A stretch of DNA of 55,762 nt from assembly GCA_037384945.1 (NCBI GenBank), contig JARRNM010000019.1, forward strand, positions 1-55,762, read 5' to 3'. How positions within the stretch are numbered: the first letter of the stretch is position 1; each line of letters opens with the position of its first letter. Below the pieces are notes generated by a model, which was given only the letters and a program-made list of their open reading frames with translations, was not told where the DNA came from and did not search any database. The DNA comes from Deltaproteobacteria bacterium (GTDB taxonomy: Bacteria; Desulfobacterota; Syntrophobacteria; BM002). A program made the translations under genes and the position numbers. Below are positions 31,851-41,432 of this stretch, piece after piece.

Positions 31851-32357
31851 ATGAACACTCTCCTTACCGGTCCGCCCCGATCCGGAAAATCCACTTTGAT
31901 CCAAATGGTGGTCACGAAGATCAAAAGACCAGCGACCGGATTCTTCACTCGAGAATTAAGAAAGAAAGGTAATCGGGTTGGTTTCCTGATAGAAACACTT
32001 GACGGAAAAACAGGGTTGTTGGCCCATCAAAATATCAAAAGCAATTACCGGGTGGGTAAATATGGCGTAAATCTCGAAGATATTGACCAGATTGCAGTTC
32101 CGGCCATGATCCCCTTCGCGGCCGATCAGGTAGTGGTGATTGACGAGATTGGCAAAATGGAGTGTTTCTCTCGCCTGTTCAAGGAAACCCTTCTCAAGAC
32201 ACTTTCTGCAGAAAACCAGGTCATTGGTTCCATTGCCATAAAGGGTGATCGTTTTATCCAAGCCATAAAAGATAGAGATGATGTTACCCTGGTTTCTATA
32301 ACAGAAGACACTCGGGATTTGGCTCTGGAACTTTTCTTGGAAAAAATACAAGGATAA
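31851..32357 (+). CDS. NTPase_1 (THEP1-like) nucleoside triphosphatase
   Basis: GPPRSGKST, GFFTRE, VGKYGV and IDEIGKME motifs. Confidence 0.92.
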   Translation: MNTLLTGPPRSGKSTLIQMVVTKIKRPATGFFTRELRKKGNRVGFLIETLDGKTGLLAHQNIKSNYRVGKYGVNLEDIDQIAVPAMIPFAADQVVVIDEIGKMECFSRLFKETLLKTLSAENQVIGSIAIKGDRFIQAIKDRDDVTLVSITEDTRDLALELFLEKIQG

Positions 32358-32483
32358 GATGGAGTAGTGGAGTGTTGGAGTAATGGGGAAGTGGAACGGC
32401 TAAGACTTTAAAGTTTAGGCGTCAGATTTTACCCTCTTTTTTTCCTGACACCTGACACCCGAAACCTGAAACCCGACACCTGA
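32358..32483. repeat. 8-mer (GGAGTRNT) and 7-mer (CCTGACA/CCGAAA) tandem repeats
   Basis: ggagtagtggagtgttggagtaatggg and cctgacacctgacacccgaaacctgaaacccgacacctga. Confidence 0.7.
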
Positions 32484-32502
32484 TATTTTTTAGAGGAAGA
32501 CC

Positions 32503-33648
32503 GTGACCGGTATTGGTAAATTACTATTTAGAGCTCCCTTGGGCTCTTGCCGACACTGCGGCAAAAGCGGCCCAATCATCTCTAGGGTAATAGGCTTCTG
32601 TGCAGATTGTATCCGGGCGCACTTTGATGAAGTCTGGCCTGAGATCAAGAAGGTCCATTCTCGTACTCGTAAACCTTACGGTCTTCCGGAAGATCCTCCC
32701 CAAGCTGAGGCCGGACTTAGCTGCCGCCTCTGTCTGCACCAATGTAAAATCCCCGAGGGAGGCCTTGGTTTTTGTGGACTCCGTCGAGTTGTAGACGGCA
32801 AGATAATTGGAGGGCGCCCCCACGAGGGGAATCTTTCTTATTATTATGACCCCCTCCCAACAAACTGTGTGGCTAATTTTGTTTGTCCCGGTGGTACGGG
32901 CTGTGGTTATCCTAAATATGCTGTTGCAAACGGTCCTGAACATGGCCGTAACAACCTGGCTGTCTTCCATCACGCCTGTTCCTTCAATTGTCTTTACTGT
33001 CAGAATCACCAGTTCAGAGATCGCACTCGCTCATCTCGACTCATAGCCGCCAAGCAATTGGCTGGGGCAGTGAAAGGTAATACCACCTGCATTTGTTATT
33101 TTGGGGGAGATCCCACCCCACAAATTCTCCATGCCCTTAAAACATCCAAACTTGCCCTGCAGGAAGCCTCTGGACGTGTCCTCAGGATTTGCTGGGAGAC
33201 CAATGGTGCCATGCAAGAGCCCTTCCTGAGTATGATGGCAAGGTTATCCTATGACTCCGGAGGATTGATAAAAATTGATCTCAAGGCATGGAATGAAAGT
33301 GTTCATCATGCTCTCTGCGGGGTGAGCAATCGAAAGACCCTAGAGAATTTCAAAATGTTGAGCGAACTTGACCAACGGAGGCCGGAGGAGCCACCTTTCC
33401 TGATTGCCAGCACCCTCTTGGTGCCGGGCTATGTAGACGAGGTGGAAGTCGCAGGGATCGCAGGCTATCTGGCTGAACTTAACCCTGAAATTCCCTACAG
33501 TCTCCTCGCCTTCTATCCCCATTTTCACCTGCAAGATCTTCCTACCACCTCCCGCAACCATGCCCTCCGTTGCCGGGAGATCGCCGAGAACGTCGGCCTG
33601 AAACAAGTCCATATCGGCAATCTTCACCTCTTAGGGAGGGATTACTAA
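32503..33648 (+). CDS. Radical SAM protein (PFL-activase/AmmeMemoRadiSam-like)
   Basis: CSFNCLYCQN, GGDPTP, ETNG and IDLK motifs; extra N-terminal Cys clusters. Confidence 0.9.
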   Translation: MTGIGKLLFRAPLGSCRHCGKSGPIISRVIGFCADCIRAHFDEVWPEIKKVHSRTRKPYGLPEDPPQAEAGLSCRLCLHQCKIPEGGLGFCGLRRVVDGKIIGGRPHEGNLSYYYDPLPTNCVANFVCPGGTGCGYPKYAVANGPEHGRNNLAVFHHACSFNCLYCQNHQFRDRTRSSRLIAAKQLAGAVKGNTTCICYFGGDPTPQILHALKTSKLALQEASGRVLRICWETNGAMQEPFLSMMARLSYDSGGLIKIDLKAWNESVHHALCGVSNRKTLENFKMLSELDQRRPEEPPFLIASTLLVPGYVDEVEVAGIAGYLAELNPEIPYSLLAFYPHFHLQDLPTTSRNHALRCREIAENVGLKQVHIGNLHLLGRDY

Positions 33649-33659
33649 TGAATTGCGGA

Positions 33660-34000
33660 AGGCATAGAGCATAGGGCATAGGGCATGGAGCATAGGGAAA
33701 GACATCTAGCAGCGGACAGCAGGCAGCTAGCAGCAAGAGGTCAGAAGTCAGAGGTCAGAAGTCAGAGGTCAGAAGTCAGAAGTCAGAGGTCGGAGATCGG
33801 ATGTCAACGAGTTACAGGCTGAGCTTATGCGTATAACGTATAACCTATAACTAATAACATCTCGTACGGTTTACCACTCACCGTTTACTGCTGGTCGCAG
33901 GCTATTGGCCCCTTGAGCCTATATGACTTCTACGATTTCTACGAGTTGACTAATTCCTTAATTCCCTAATTCCCCATTTCTCTAATCAACTAATTGACAA
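33660..34000. repeat. Ordered microsatellite mosaic
   Basis: (GCATAGG)n, (GCAGCNA)n, (GAGGTCA/GAAGTCA)n, (TATAACN)n, CCGTTTAC, 9-mers and (CTAATTCC)n. Confidence 0.8.
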
Positions 34001-34045
34001 CTTGGGCCAAAACTTCTAGATTCACAGTTGCTAATATGCTGCCGT

Positions 34046-34133
34046 GCCTGGGTGATGGAACTGGTAGACATAAGGGACTTAAAATCCCTTGCTCCTAGTG
34101 GGCGTGCGGGTTCGACTCCCGCCCCAGGCACCA
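34046..34133 (+). tRNA. tRNA-Leu(TAA)
   Basis: Acceptor stem GCCTGGG/CCCAGGC, anticodon arm AGGGA-CTTAAAA-TCCCT, long variable arm, GGTTCGACTCCC T-arm, encoded CCA. Confidence 0.95.
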
Positions 34134-34310
34134 GCAATCTAAAGCTCCCAGCAGCCCCGGTCCCGCGACCCCCCTTTCGTTCCCAAAAGCTTCAGTGAAC
34201 CTTCGCCGGACTACTGACAAGCTTGCTTTAAAGTTGTCAGACTTTCGACAGCTGTCGCCTACTTTTTTCCCTCTACCCAAGGAATTATATCTTTTTTGCT
34301 AGAGGAGCTC

Positions 34311-34326
34311 TGGCATATTTCCTGCA
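34311..34326 (+). promoter_or_regulatory. Putative sigma54 promoter
   Basis: TGGCATATTTCCTGCA (GG-N10-GC), 46 bp upstream of a PilZ gene. Confidence 0.55.
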
Positions 34327-34372
34327 GTTTTGCTCGAGTCTAAGGGGTGATCCTCAAAGGGGGAGGCAGAAA

Positions 34373-34753
34373 ATGTTTAAAGATGAGCAACGGGTAGCTC
34401 CCAGAGCAAAAATTCAATGGCCGGTCATAGTTCAGAAGTCCACGGGTGTAATAGAAGGCGTGACCTTAAATATAAGTTCCACTGGTGTTTTCATAGGATG
34501 CAGAAGACCCCTGAGATTAAACGAGGTCTTTGAGATGGTCATAACTGCGCCGGGGCAGGATATTGGAGCCCAGGCTGAAGTGGTCTGGTCGAATAAATAC
34601 GGACCGGACGATACCATTACCCCTAGAGGGATGGGGGTTCGTTTCCTGAACATCTCTGAAGACAACCAAAGATTCATTGCCAATGCTGTGAGCCAACACA
34701 ACGCACAAGACCAAAGAAATGAAAATCTATTACTGAACTTGCAGGAAAATTAA
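34373..34753 (+). CDS. PilZ domain protein
   Basis: RVAPR and NISSTG c-di-GMP motifs; GMGVRF. Confidence 0.9.
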   Translation: MFKDEQRVAPRAKIQWPVIVQKSTGVIEGVTLNISSTGVFIGCRRPLRLNEVFEMVITAPGQDIGAQAEVVWSNKYGPDDTITPRGMGVRFLNISEDNQRFIANAVSQHNAQDQRNENLLLNLQEN

Positions 34754-35019
34754 CTGGTGTCCATCCGGAAACTTGCTTTTCGGTTGTCATTCTGAGGAGT
34801 CCCGCTAACAGCGGGACGAGGAAGAATCTCGAGATCCTTCGCGGAGTTTATCCGGAGCGACTCGACCTGAGGACTTCGAGTGAGCCTCCGATCGGCCCGA
34901 GCCTTTCGGCAGTGAGCTCAAGGCCGAACTGCTCCCGGCCGAGGGCAGTCGAACTCCTCGCCGACAGGTCTTGCCGAAGGGTTCAGAATGACAATATCAA
35001 GTTTCCAGATGAACACTAA
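34754..35019. mobile_element. MITE/REP-like family A, copy 3 (most expanded)
   Basis: GTGTCCATCCGGAAAC...GTTTCCAGATGAACAC ends with extra nested modules inside. Confidence 0.85.
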
Positions 35020-35041
35020 CTAATATTTTCTGGAGACAGTT

Positions 35042-35293
35042 ATGAAAAGATTGATGCTGCTGTTCTCTATCCTGGTGGCAGCGGCTTGCGTCCACGGACC
35101 GGAGCACTCCTTTCCCAATCCACCACAGTTTACAACCATCTCAGGGCAACGCTGTTCGATCGAGTGCCGCCAGAAAGACTATGACTGTAAAATGGCGTGC
35201 CAAGGCAGCGAAAGTGAACAGATTGCCTGTGTTTCAGAGTGCAACAGAGGGCTTGGCAAATGCTATGGCCTCTGCACTGAGCTCTTCGAGTAG
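35042..35293 (+). CDS. Small Cys-rich lipoprotein
   Basis: Lipobox AAAC; two C-x3-C-x6-C-x3-C units; RBS GGAG. Confidence 0.75.
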   Translation: MKRLMLLFSILVAAACVHGPEHSFPNPPQFTTISGQRCSIECRQKDYDCKMACQGSESEQIACVSECNRGLGKCYGLCTELFE

Positions 35294-35657
35294 TATGGAC
35301 TATTGACTTTCGACTGACAATTTCCTGGTTATCAAATCCTTCGACTCAGGACCGAATGGAAAATCGAATATTTGTTTGGTTGAAAAAAGTTCAGGTGCTC
35401 AAGATTAATCAGGGAGATTGAGTCCAAAAGGTGGCTAATTTTTTGCATAATCGATTACAACAAGTCATGTCGAGAGGTAGAATATGCCGCCGGCATACAC
35501 TCTTACACAAAGATAACTCTTTGGGATTACTTTTAAATTCCTATCTTCTTAAAAGTCACTTGTAGGAAAACTTGGCTCAATATTGGCATGCCTTTTCGGC
35601 ACTAACTGACGGATTTCGTCACTTACCAATCAAAGGAAGAGTAAAAGGAGATTTGAG

Positions 35658-36020
35658 GTGCGAGCATTTCGAATTGGCGAGCAGAGACGTTTATCTTTTA
35701 GAATAAAAGTTGAGTGGCCTGTGCGTTTGAAGACGAAAAATGGCTTGATGGAGGGGAAAACCAGAGATATCAGTGCCGGCGGTGCCCACATACGCTGTGA
35801 GGAGTATTTGGACCTTAACGAGCCGGTTCAGATGATTATCGAAGCCCCCGAGCGGAAGCCCATGGAGTTGGCAGCAGTGGTCGTATGGTCAGATAGCAAA
35901 GACGAGTCAAATCGGCCACGCATCATCGGGGTTAAATTCTCTAAAATATCAAACTCAGATCGACAGTATTTGGAACAGGTCGCCTTGGAAAAATTTAAGG
36001 CCAGACTACCTGCAGCATGA
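35658..36020 (+). CDS. PilZ domain protein
   Basis: RLSFR and DISAGG motifs; RBS AAGGAG. Confidence 0.88.
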   Translation: MRAFRIGEQRRLSFRIKVEWPVRLKTKNGLMEGKTRDISAGGAHIRCEEYLDLNEPVQMIIEAPERKPMELAAVVVWSDSKDESNRPRIIGVKFSKISNSDRQYLEQVALEKFKARLPAA

Positions 36021-36077
36021 ATCCTTTTTCTCTTGGTTTGACAGAGACTGGCTCTTCCTCCTTTGGTGATTTGAAGA

Positions 36078-36503
36078 TCATTTATCTGCCATGCAGTCCT
36101 CGTAATGCATAAGGAAGCAACGAAGGATATCAGTTTCCGTCACCATGCCAACCAGACGTTTATCCTCCACAACAGGCAGACAACCAAATTTTCTATCCAA
36201 CATCATCCTTCCCGCTTCGAGGATATTCGTATCCGGCGTGACGGTGATCACATTTTTTACCATAGCATCTCTTATAGAAACAGTCTTGAGGTGGTCCCGG
36301 GTCTCGGCATAGCCGTAACCCATCACTGAAGCCAAAGAGGCCCTGAATAGGTCGCGCTGACTGATAATTCCCACCAAGGTTTCTCCCTCTAATATGGGAA
36401 GATGGCGGATTCTGGCCAAATTCATTATGTCGCTCGCCAAAGATAACTCTTCGTCAACATGCAGGGTCACCAATTCCGTCACCATGATTTCTCGAACCTT
36501 CAT
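36078..36503 (-). CDS. CBS-pair protein
   Basis: IRHLPI..LVGIISQRD and FGCLPVV..LVGMVTETD. Confidence 0.92.
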   Translation of the reverse strand: MKVREIMVTELVTLHVDEELSLASDIMNLARIRHLPILEGETLVGIISQRDLFRASLASVMGYGYAETRDHLKTVSIRDAMVKNVITVTPDTNILEAGRMMLDRKFGCLPVVEDKRLVGMVTETDILRCFLMHYEDCMADK

Positions 36504-36615
36504 CTAAACCCCCTTGTGTCTTTTTTTACCCTGTTACCCGGCACCTCAAGAATCACGAAAAATCTATTATCTTTCATAAGTACTTCAATAGTTGTTCCAC
36601 TGTCAATGCAAGTTT

Positions 36616-36875
36616 AGCGCAAAGCGCAGAGCGCCAATTAGTCAATTAGACAATTAGTTGATTCGTCGATTCGTCAAATGGTCAAATGGTCAAACCGTCA
36701 AGCGGTAAACAGTGAACGGTATTTCGCATCCCACATCCCACATCCGAAATTCGCATGCTGAAATTCTGTCGTCTGTCCTCTGTCCTCTGACTTCGGACCT
36801 CTGGCCTTCGTCCCCGTCTCGCTCGACCTCTCGTCTCGCTCGTCTCGCTTTCCTCTATGCCCCATGCTCCATGCC
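36616..36875. repeat. Ordered microsatellite mosaic (inverse of the 33660-34000 module order)
   Basis: (CAATTAGT)n, (TCAAATGG)n, GTAAACAGTGAACGG, (CACATCC)n, (TCCTCTG)n, (CGTCTCG)n, CTATGCCCCATGCTCCATGCC. Confidence 0.8.
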
Positions 36876-36934
36876 TTATTGTTTACTTAAACAAACGGAG
36901 AGGCTATAGTAGATGCACTGAAGGAGAGTTTATT

Positions 36935-38266
36935 ATGGAAAACGGAAAATATCGACACACGGTAAGGCGGCTTTACGACTTTATCCAGTCTAACCTCTAC
37001 TTCACCCGTCCTGATATCCACCTAGGCGGAGAACGATTCAATTCTACCCTCCTCTTCACCCTGATCACTGCTCTAACTGGCGGTAAGGCCCTGATTATGG
37101 GCGAACCCGGTCTCGGGAAAACCACTGCTGCGGAATATGTTGGCTCCCTGGTGTATCAACTCCCTGTAGGCACCGTTTGGGCAAGCGAGGTATCAGGACA
37201 TCCCGAACAAACGGAAGAGAAGATAATCGGCAGACCCGATCTTGGCAAACTGAATAGGGGGCAGGAAGAAGTTGTCTGGTCATATTTTGTCCAACTTCCG
37301 GTCAAAATCGTTGACGAAATCAACCGGCTGCCCGAGACCAAGCAGAGCATGATACTCGATGGGGTTGACCGGGGGAACTGGGAATATCTAAATGAGATGG
37401 TTCTCAACGCCGAGTACTGTCTGTTTGCCACCGCTAATTACCAGGATCAGGGAACCAACACCATCATTGCACCATTGTTGGACCGCTTTGATATCTTGGT
37501 TGAGTCGAGGTATCCCGGTCCCAGCTATGCCTTCATGATCAGCCAGAAACAGGAAAAGGAAAAACTGTTGCGCCACCCCGAGCTGGAATCGAAACTCCAA
37601 GAGGGTTTAAAGAAGCAACAAGCGCTTAGGGAGAAGGAGTCTCACCTCACCGCCATTTCTAATGAATTCGCTGCCCATTTAAAAGAATCCCTGCAACTTG
37701 ATACTCTGGACCGTTCCAGCAGGAAAGAAGTTCGCCAAGAAATTTCTGCCATGGAGTTAGACCAGGACGCAAACGCTTATACCAGGATGCTTCTTGCTGA
37801 ACTCTCTTTCTGCGATCGTCACGGGCAAAAACGTTCAAACGAAGTGTGTGAAGAGGGCTGCCACTACACGGGGTATCTCTGTCATCGGCTGCGCAACTGC
37901 GCCTCCAACCGGTTACCCGTCTCCCTGGCAAACTACGCTAAGGCCTTGGCCTGGTTCACTGAAGCCTCCTCAGTCGGAATTGAGCAAATGCGTGCCGTTG
38001 GCCCCTACTGTTTGGCCCACAGGGCTCAATGGACGGATACACATCTGTCGTTGCTGGAGAAAGACCGCCGCAACGACCCCCTGCAGATCCATCTGGCCCG
38101 CCAGGCAACCAACGAGGTTTTTCAGCGATACAGCGAGCAGGCTGAGCATGTAAAAGCTGCTCTGGCCACGGCATACCGCATCTTCCGGGGAGAATCTCTG
38201 GAACCAGTGGCCGGCGACCACCCCATCTATTTTGAGATCCGTAAGGATCTGAACCTGGAGGGCTAA
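36935..38266 (+). CDS. MoxR-like AAA+ ATPase with a C-terminal Cys cluster
   Basis: GEPGLGKT, IVDEINR, FATAN and LLDRF motifs; RBS AAGGAG. Confidence 0.88.
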   Translation: MENGKYRHTVRRLYDFIQSNLYFTRPDIHLGGERFNSTLLFTLITALTGGKALIMGEPGLGKTTAAEYVGSLVYQLPVGTVWASEVSGHPEQTEEKIIGRPDLGKLNRGQEEVVWSYFVQLPVKIVDEINRLPETKQSMILDGVDRGNWEYLNEMVLNAEYCLFATANYQDQGTNTIIAPLLDRFDILVESRYPGPSYAFMISQKQEKEKLLRHPELESKLQEGLKKQQALREKESHLTAISNEFAAHLKESLQLDTLDRSSRKEVRQEISAMELDQDANAYTRMLLAELSFCDRHGQKRSNEVCEEGCHYTGYLCHRLRNCASNRLPVSLANYAKALAWFTEASSVGIEQMRAVGPYCLAHRAQWTDTHLSLLEKDRRNDPLQIHLARQATNEVFQRYSEQAEHVKAALATAYRIFRGESLEPVAGDHPIYFEIRKDLNLEG

Positions 38267-38950
38267 GTGTTTAACCCATTTGAAGATTTCAAAGATTTTC
38301 TTTCGAAAACAAGAGGTTTGCCTCTGGACCGACTGGCAGCCGCCCATGATCAAATCATCGGGGAACTAACAGGGGGCTATGGAAAGCTAGTGGAACAGGA
38401 GCTCAAAAGCCTTGTCTGGTTCGTGGAGCATAATAGAGTAATCGAGGCCTACAAGACAGCCAGCGAAGTAATCCGGGATATAGACTATGACGCCCACAGC
38501 ATTGAAGATTTCTGTTACGCCCTGGACAGCGGGGCTGACATTCCCTATCTGATTTCCGGGCCAGCAGGAATATATGTGGCTGCTTTGTGCAATCACACCC
38601 CTGAAGACCAGATTGTCCTTAGATTGGGAGAAATGCAGCGAACTTTACATTTTCTCGGTTATCGCTTGCCCTATGGAAAATCTTTACGCCTTGAAGGTGA
38701 TGCCGGTAACTTCACCGGTTCAGCCCTGCAAGGTGGCGAGATCAGCATAACCGGCTCTACAGGAGATTGGACCGGTGCGGGAATGACAGACGGTAAGGTC
38801 ACCATAAACCAGCATTGCGGCCGCAATACTGGTGAGTGGATGCAGGGCGGAGAGATTTGGGTTGGCGGCCGCATCCGGGGTCTGGGGCGCATGACTGCCG
38901 GTTGCATCTATCAAGGCGGTGAAGCGGTGGCTGGGGACGCACTCCGTTAG
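38267..38950 (+). CDS. GXGXG (FwdC/GltB C-terminal-like) beta-helix domain protein
   Basis: Repeats GDAGNFTGSALQGGEI / GSTGDWTGAGMTDGKV / GRNTGEWMQGGEI. The GTG directly abuts the AAA gene's stop. Confidence 0.8.
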   Translation: MFNPFEDFKDFLSKTRGLPLDRLAAAHDQIIGELTGGYGKLVEQELKSLVWFVEHNRVIEAYKTASEVIRDIDYDAHSIEDFCYALDSGADIPYLISGPAGIYVAALCNHTPEDQIVLRLGEMQRTLHFLGYRLPYGKSLRLEGDAGNFTGSALQGGEISITGSTGDWTGAGMTDGKVTINQHCGRNTGEWMQGGEIWVGGRIRGLGRMTAGCIYQGGEAVAGDALR

Positions 38951-38970
38951 AAGTCGGGTAAACTGGAGAG

Positions 38971-40557
38971 ATGACAATTTTGGCAGGGCAAGAAAAAATG
39001 GAGAAACAGCTGAAGGAGCTGCAACAATTGCTGGAACAGCTCTGGCCTGAAGTCCGTCGTAGACATCTCTTTCCAGAAATCCCCCCGCCCCGGTTCGACA
39101 GCAATAACTCCACCGTGGCCATGGAGATGCGCAACAAACAGATTATCCTCAACCCTGAATATGTCAGGACGATGTCCCGCACTCTTCCGGCGAATGCGGT
39201 TCTTGAAGCGCTGCTCGACCACGGTATTAGCCATTACACCTGTTGTCCCTGGGACCTCTCCACCCATCTAAGATTTTACGCCCGCGCCAAAGAAATCCTT
39301 GGCGAAGGAGACCTGGCCCGCAAGGCCACGGACCTGTTCATGGACGTAGTGGCCGACACCCACGCGGTAAAAGAGAGGCAGAGCTCCTTACCCCTGCTTT
39401 ACAAAAGCGGCATCCGGACAGAACTTGAAGAGATAATTTGCTCTCTCTATGAGAGGATCTGGGGAGTAGACCTGGGTTGCTCAAAAGAGGACGAAACAGT
39501 AAGCCGGCTGGCAACTATTCCCTACCTTGACAAAGGTCGATGGATGGCAAGTCTGAGCCGCTTTATCCGCGGCATCCGTCCGCACCTCGAGGAATCTGCT
39601 TCCCATATTGCCGATGAACATACCCGCATGGGGAAGCATGGATTCCAGCAATATGCGCCAGAGGATATAGAACAAGCCTTGCGAGAGTTCGCGGTAGAGG
39701 CCGATTCACCCGAACAATTCGCCGATATATTTGAGGATCTGCAAAGCCAGCTCCAAGAGGTCGATGGGGATGTAGACGAGGGGATGGGACACGGTGCGGG
39801 CAGCCCAGTGGATGCCAACCGGCTGTATTATATGAAATTGGCTGAAAATTATGCCTTACCCTTACGGCGAAAGGATATGAAAGGCTCAGGACACCTGCAC
39901 CCCCACTCCCATCGACCCTGGGAGGTATGTCAACCCTTTCAGGATTTGGACCCTTGGTGTAGTTTCGGTAAGTACCTTCCCGGTATTACGCAAATTTGGC
40001 AAAGAAAGGAGGGACAGATATACGGCAGAAAGGAGAAAACCCCCTCTTGCTTAGTGATAATCGACTCTTCCGGCAGTATGGTTGATCCCCGCACTCATCT
40101 GTCATACGCTGTGCTAGGAGGAGGTTGTGCGGCAGATACCTATCTACGTCATGACGCCGAGGTGGCAGTCTATAACTTTAGTGATGCTCTCGCCGGGGGA
40201 AAGGAATATCTCCCATTCACTCGCAGCCGCTCGCTGATTTACCGGGTGCTGTGCCGATATTTCGGTGGTGGCACAGCTCTTGATCTCGACGAAATCACCG
40301 GCGTGGCTGAGACGAGTGAAGCTGATATTTTTCTGATTACCGATATGCAAATTACCAACTTAGATCAAACCATCTCCAGGCTTTCTCGCCTGCGCAACCG
40401 GGTGACTGCAGTCCACGTTGGCAAAAAGAGCGGCGCCCTGCGATTTGTCAAGGCCTCAGTGAAAAACAAAAATATCTCAGTATTTGGGGTAAACAGCAGC
40501 AACGATATCCCGAGGATTGTCTTGGGCAGCGCCCGCAACTATCTTGCACCTGAATAG
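38971..40557 (+). CDS. vWA domain protein with an N-terminal degenerate metallopeptidase-like domain
   Basis: MIDAS DSSGS, GGGT and LITD; N-terminal HGISH..CP. Confidence 0.85.
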   Translation: MTILAGQEKMEKQLKELQQLLEQLWPEVRRRHLFPEIPPPRFDSNNSTVAMEMRNKQIILNPEYVRTMSRTLPANAVLEALLDHGISHYTCCPWDLSTHLRFYARAKEILGEGDLARKATDLFMDVVADTHAVKERQSSLPLLYKSGIRTELEEIICSLYERIWGVDLGCSKEDETVSRLATIPYLDKGRWMASLSRFIRGIRPHLEESASHIADEHTRMGKHGFQQYAPEDIEQALREFAVEADSPEQFADIFEDLQSQLQEVDGDVDEGMGHGAGSPVDANRLYYMKLAENYALPLRRKDMKGSGHLHPHSHRPWEVCQPFQDLDPWCSFGKYLPGITQIWQRKEGQIYGRKEKTPSCLVIIDSSGSMVDPRTHLSYAVLGGGCAADTYLRHDAEVAVYNFSDALAGGKEYLPFTRSRSLIYRVLCRYFGGGTALDLDEITGVAETSEADIFLITDMQITNLDQTISRLSRLRNRVTAVHVGKKSGALRFVKASVKNKNISVFGVNSSNDIPRIVLGSARNYLAPE

Positions 40558-40659
40558 CTATTTGAGGGACAGCGAATTTCGACTTGTGGATTGCTGAATG
40601 CAGAGATACCGACTCCCATAGGCTCTTCGCCAGCACCCAGTATCTGGAATAGTGTTACC

Positions 40660-41406
40660 ATGAGAATCGCGATCATCTCCGATGTACATGCAAACCTCGA
40701 GGCTCTCACGGCCGTAGTCGATGCAATAGACAAAGAAAGCATATCGCCTGTGGTAAATCTCGGTGATTTGGTTGGTTATAATGCCAGCCCCAATGAATGC
40801 GTGGAACTGGTCCAGCAACGGCAGATTACAAGTATCCTGGGGAATCATGACCGCGCTGTTACGGAACTGAAATTTGCCGAGATATTCAATATTTTGGCCT
40901 ATCAGGCCGTGGTCTGGTCTGCCAAGACCCTAACTCCCGAGCATAAGCAGTTCCTGCAAAAACTGGAGCACACCAGGGTGCTCTGGGATAAATACCTCTT
41001 CTTTCACGGTGGTCCTGGAAATCCTGACGCTTATCTCTCCTATCTCTTTCAGGCCAAAAAGGCCTTCAATTATATGCGTAAGAAAACACCTGGAGTGCGG
41101 ATCGGTTTTTTTGGTCACACCCACCATCGTGCTGTGTGGCAGAGGGATGTGCGGGGGAAGGTATCAAGTCTTGAACCCGGCGAAAACGACCTGCTGCTGG
41201 ATCCGGAACATATGTACTTAATCAATCCCGGTAGTGTTGGCCAGCCTCGTAATGGGCAATGGAAAGCCTCATACCTCATTTTTGCCAATGAGCCTGAGAG
41301 CATCCTCTTTAGATCTGTTGCTTACGATCTGCACTCGGCACAAGCCAAAATCCGTGAGGCTCGTTTGCCAGAATACCTGGCCGAGAGGCTGGCAACGGGC
41401 GTGTAA
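40660..41406 (+). CDS. Calcineurin-like metallophosphoesterase
   Basis: DVHAN, GDLVGY, GNHD, GHTH and NPGSVGQPR motifs. Confidence 0.93.
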   Translation: MRIAIISDVHANLEALTAVVDAIDKESISPVVNLGDLVGYNASPNECVELVQQRQITSILGNHDRAVTELKFAEIFNILAYQAVVWSAKTLTPEHKQFLQKLEHTRVLWDKYLFFHGGPGNPDAYLSYLFQAKKAFNYMRKKTPGVRIGFFGHTHHRAVWQRDVRGKVSSLEPGENDLLLDPEHMYLINPGSVGQPRNGQWKASYLIFANEPESILFRSVAYDLHSAQAKIREARLPEYLAERLATGV

Positions 41407-41432
41407 CTTGTATCCGTCCAGGGGGAGGAGTC

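Noticed and set aside
33735-33800. Regular GAGGTCAGAAGTCA array as a possible CRISPR
   Set aside because: The units are 7 bp with no unique spacers, and no cas genes are in the window.
35584-35600. TGGCATG as a sigma54 promoter for the second PilZ gene
   Set aside because: No GC at the required -12 spacing.
34046-36600. tRNA-Leu as the integration site of a genomic island
   Set aside because: No integrase and no duplicated tRNA 3' end were seen.
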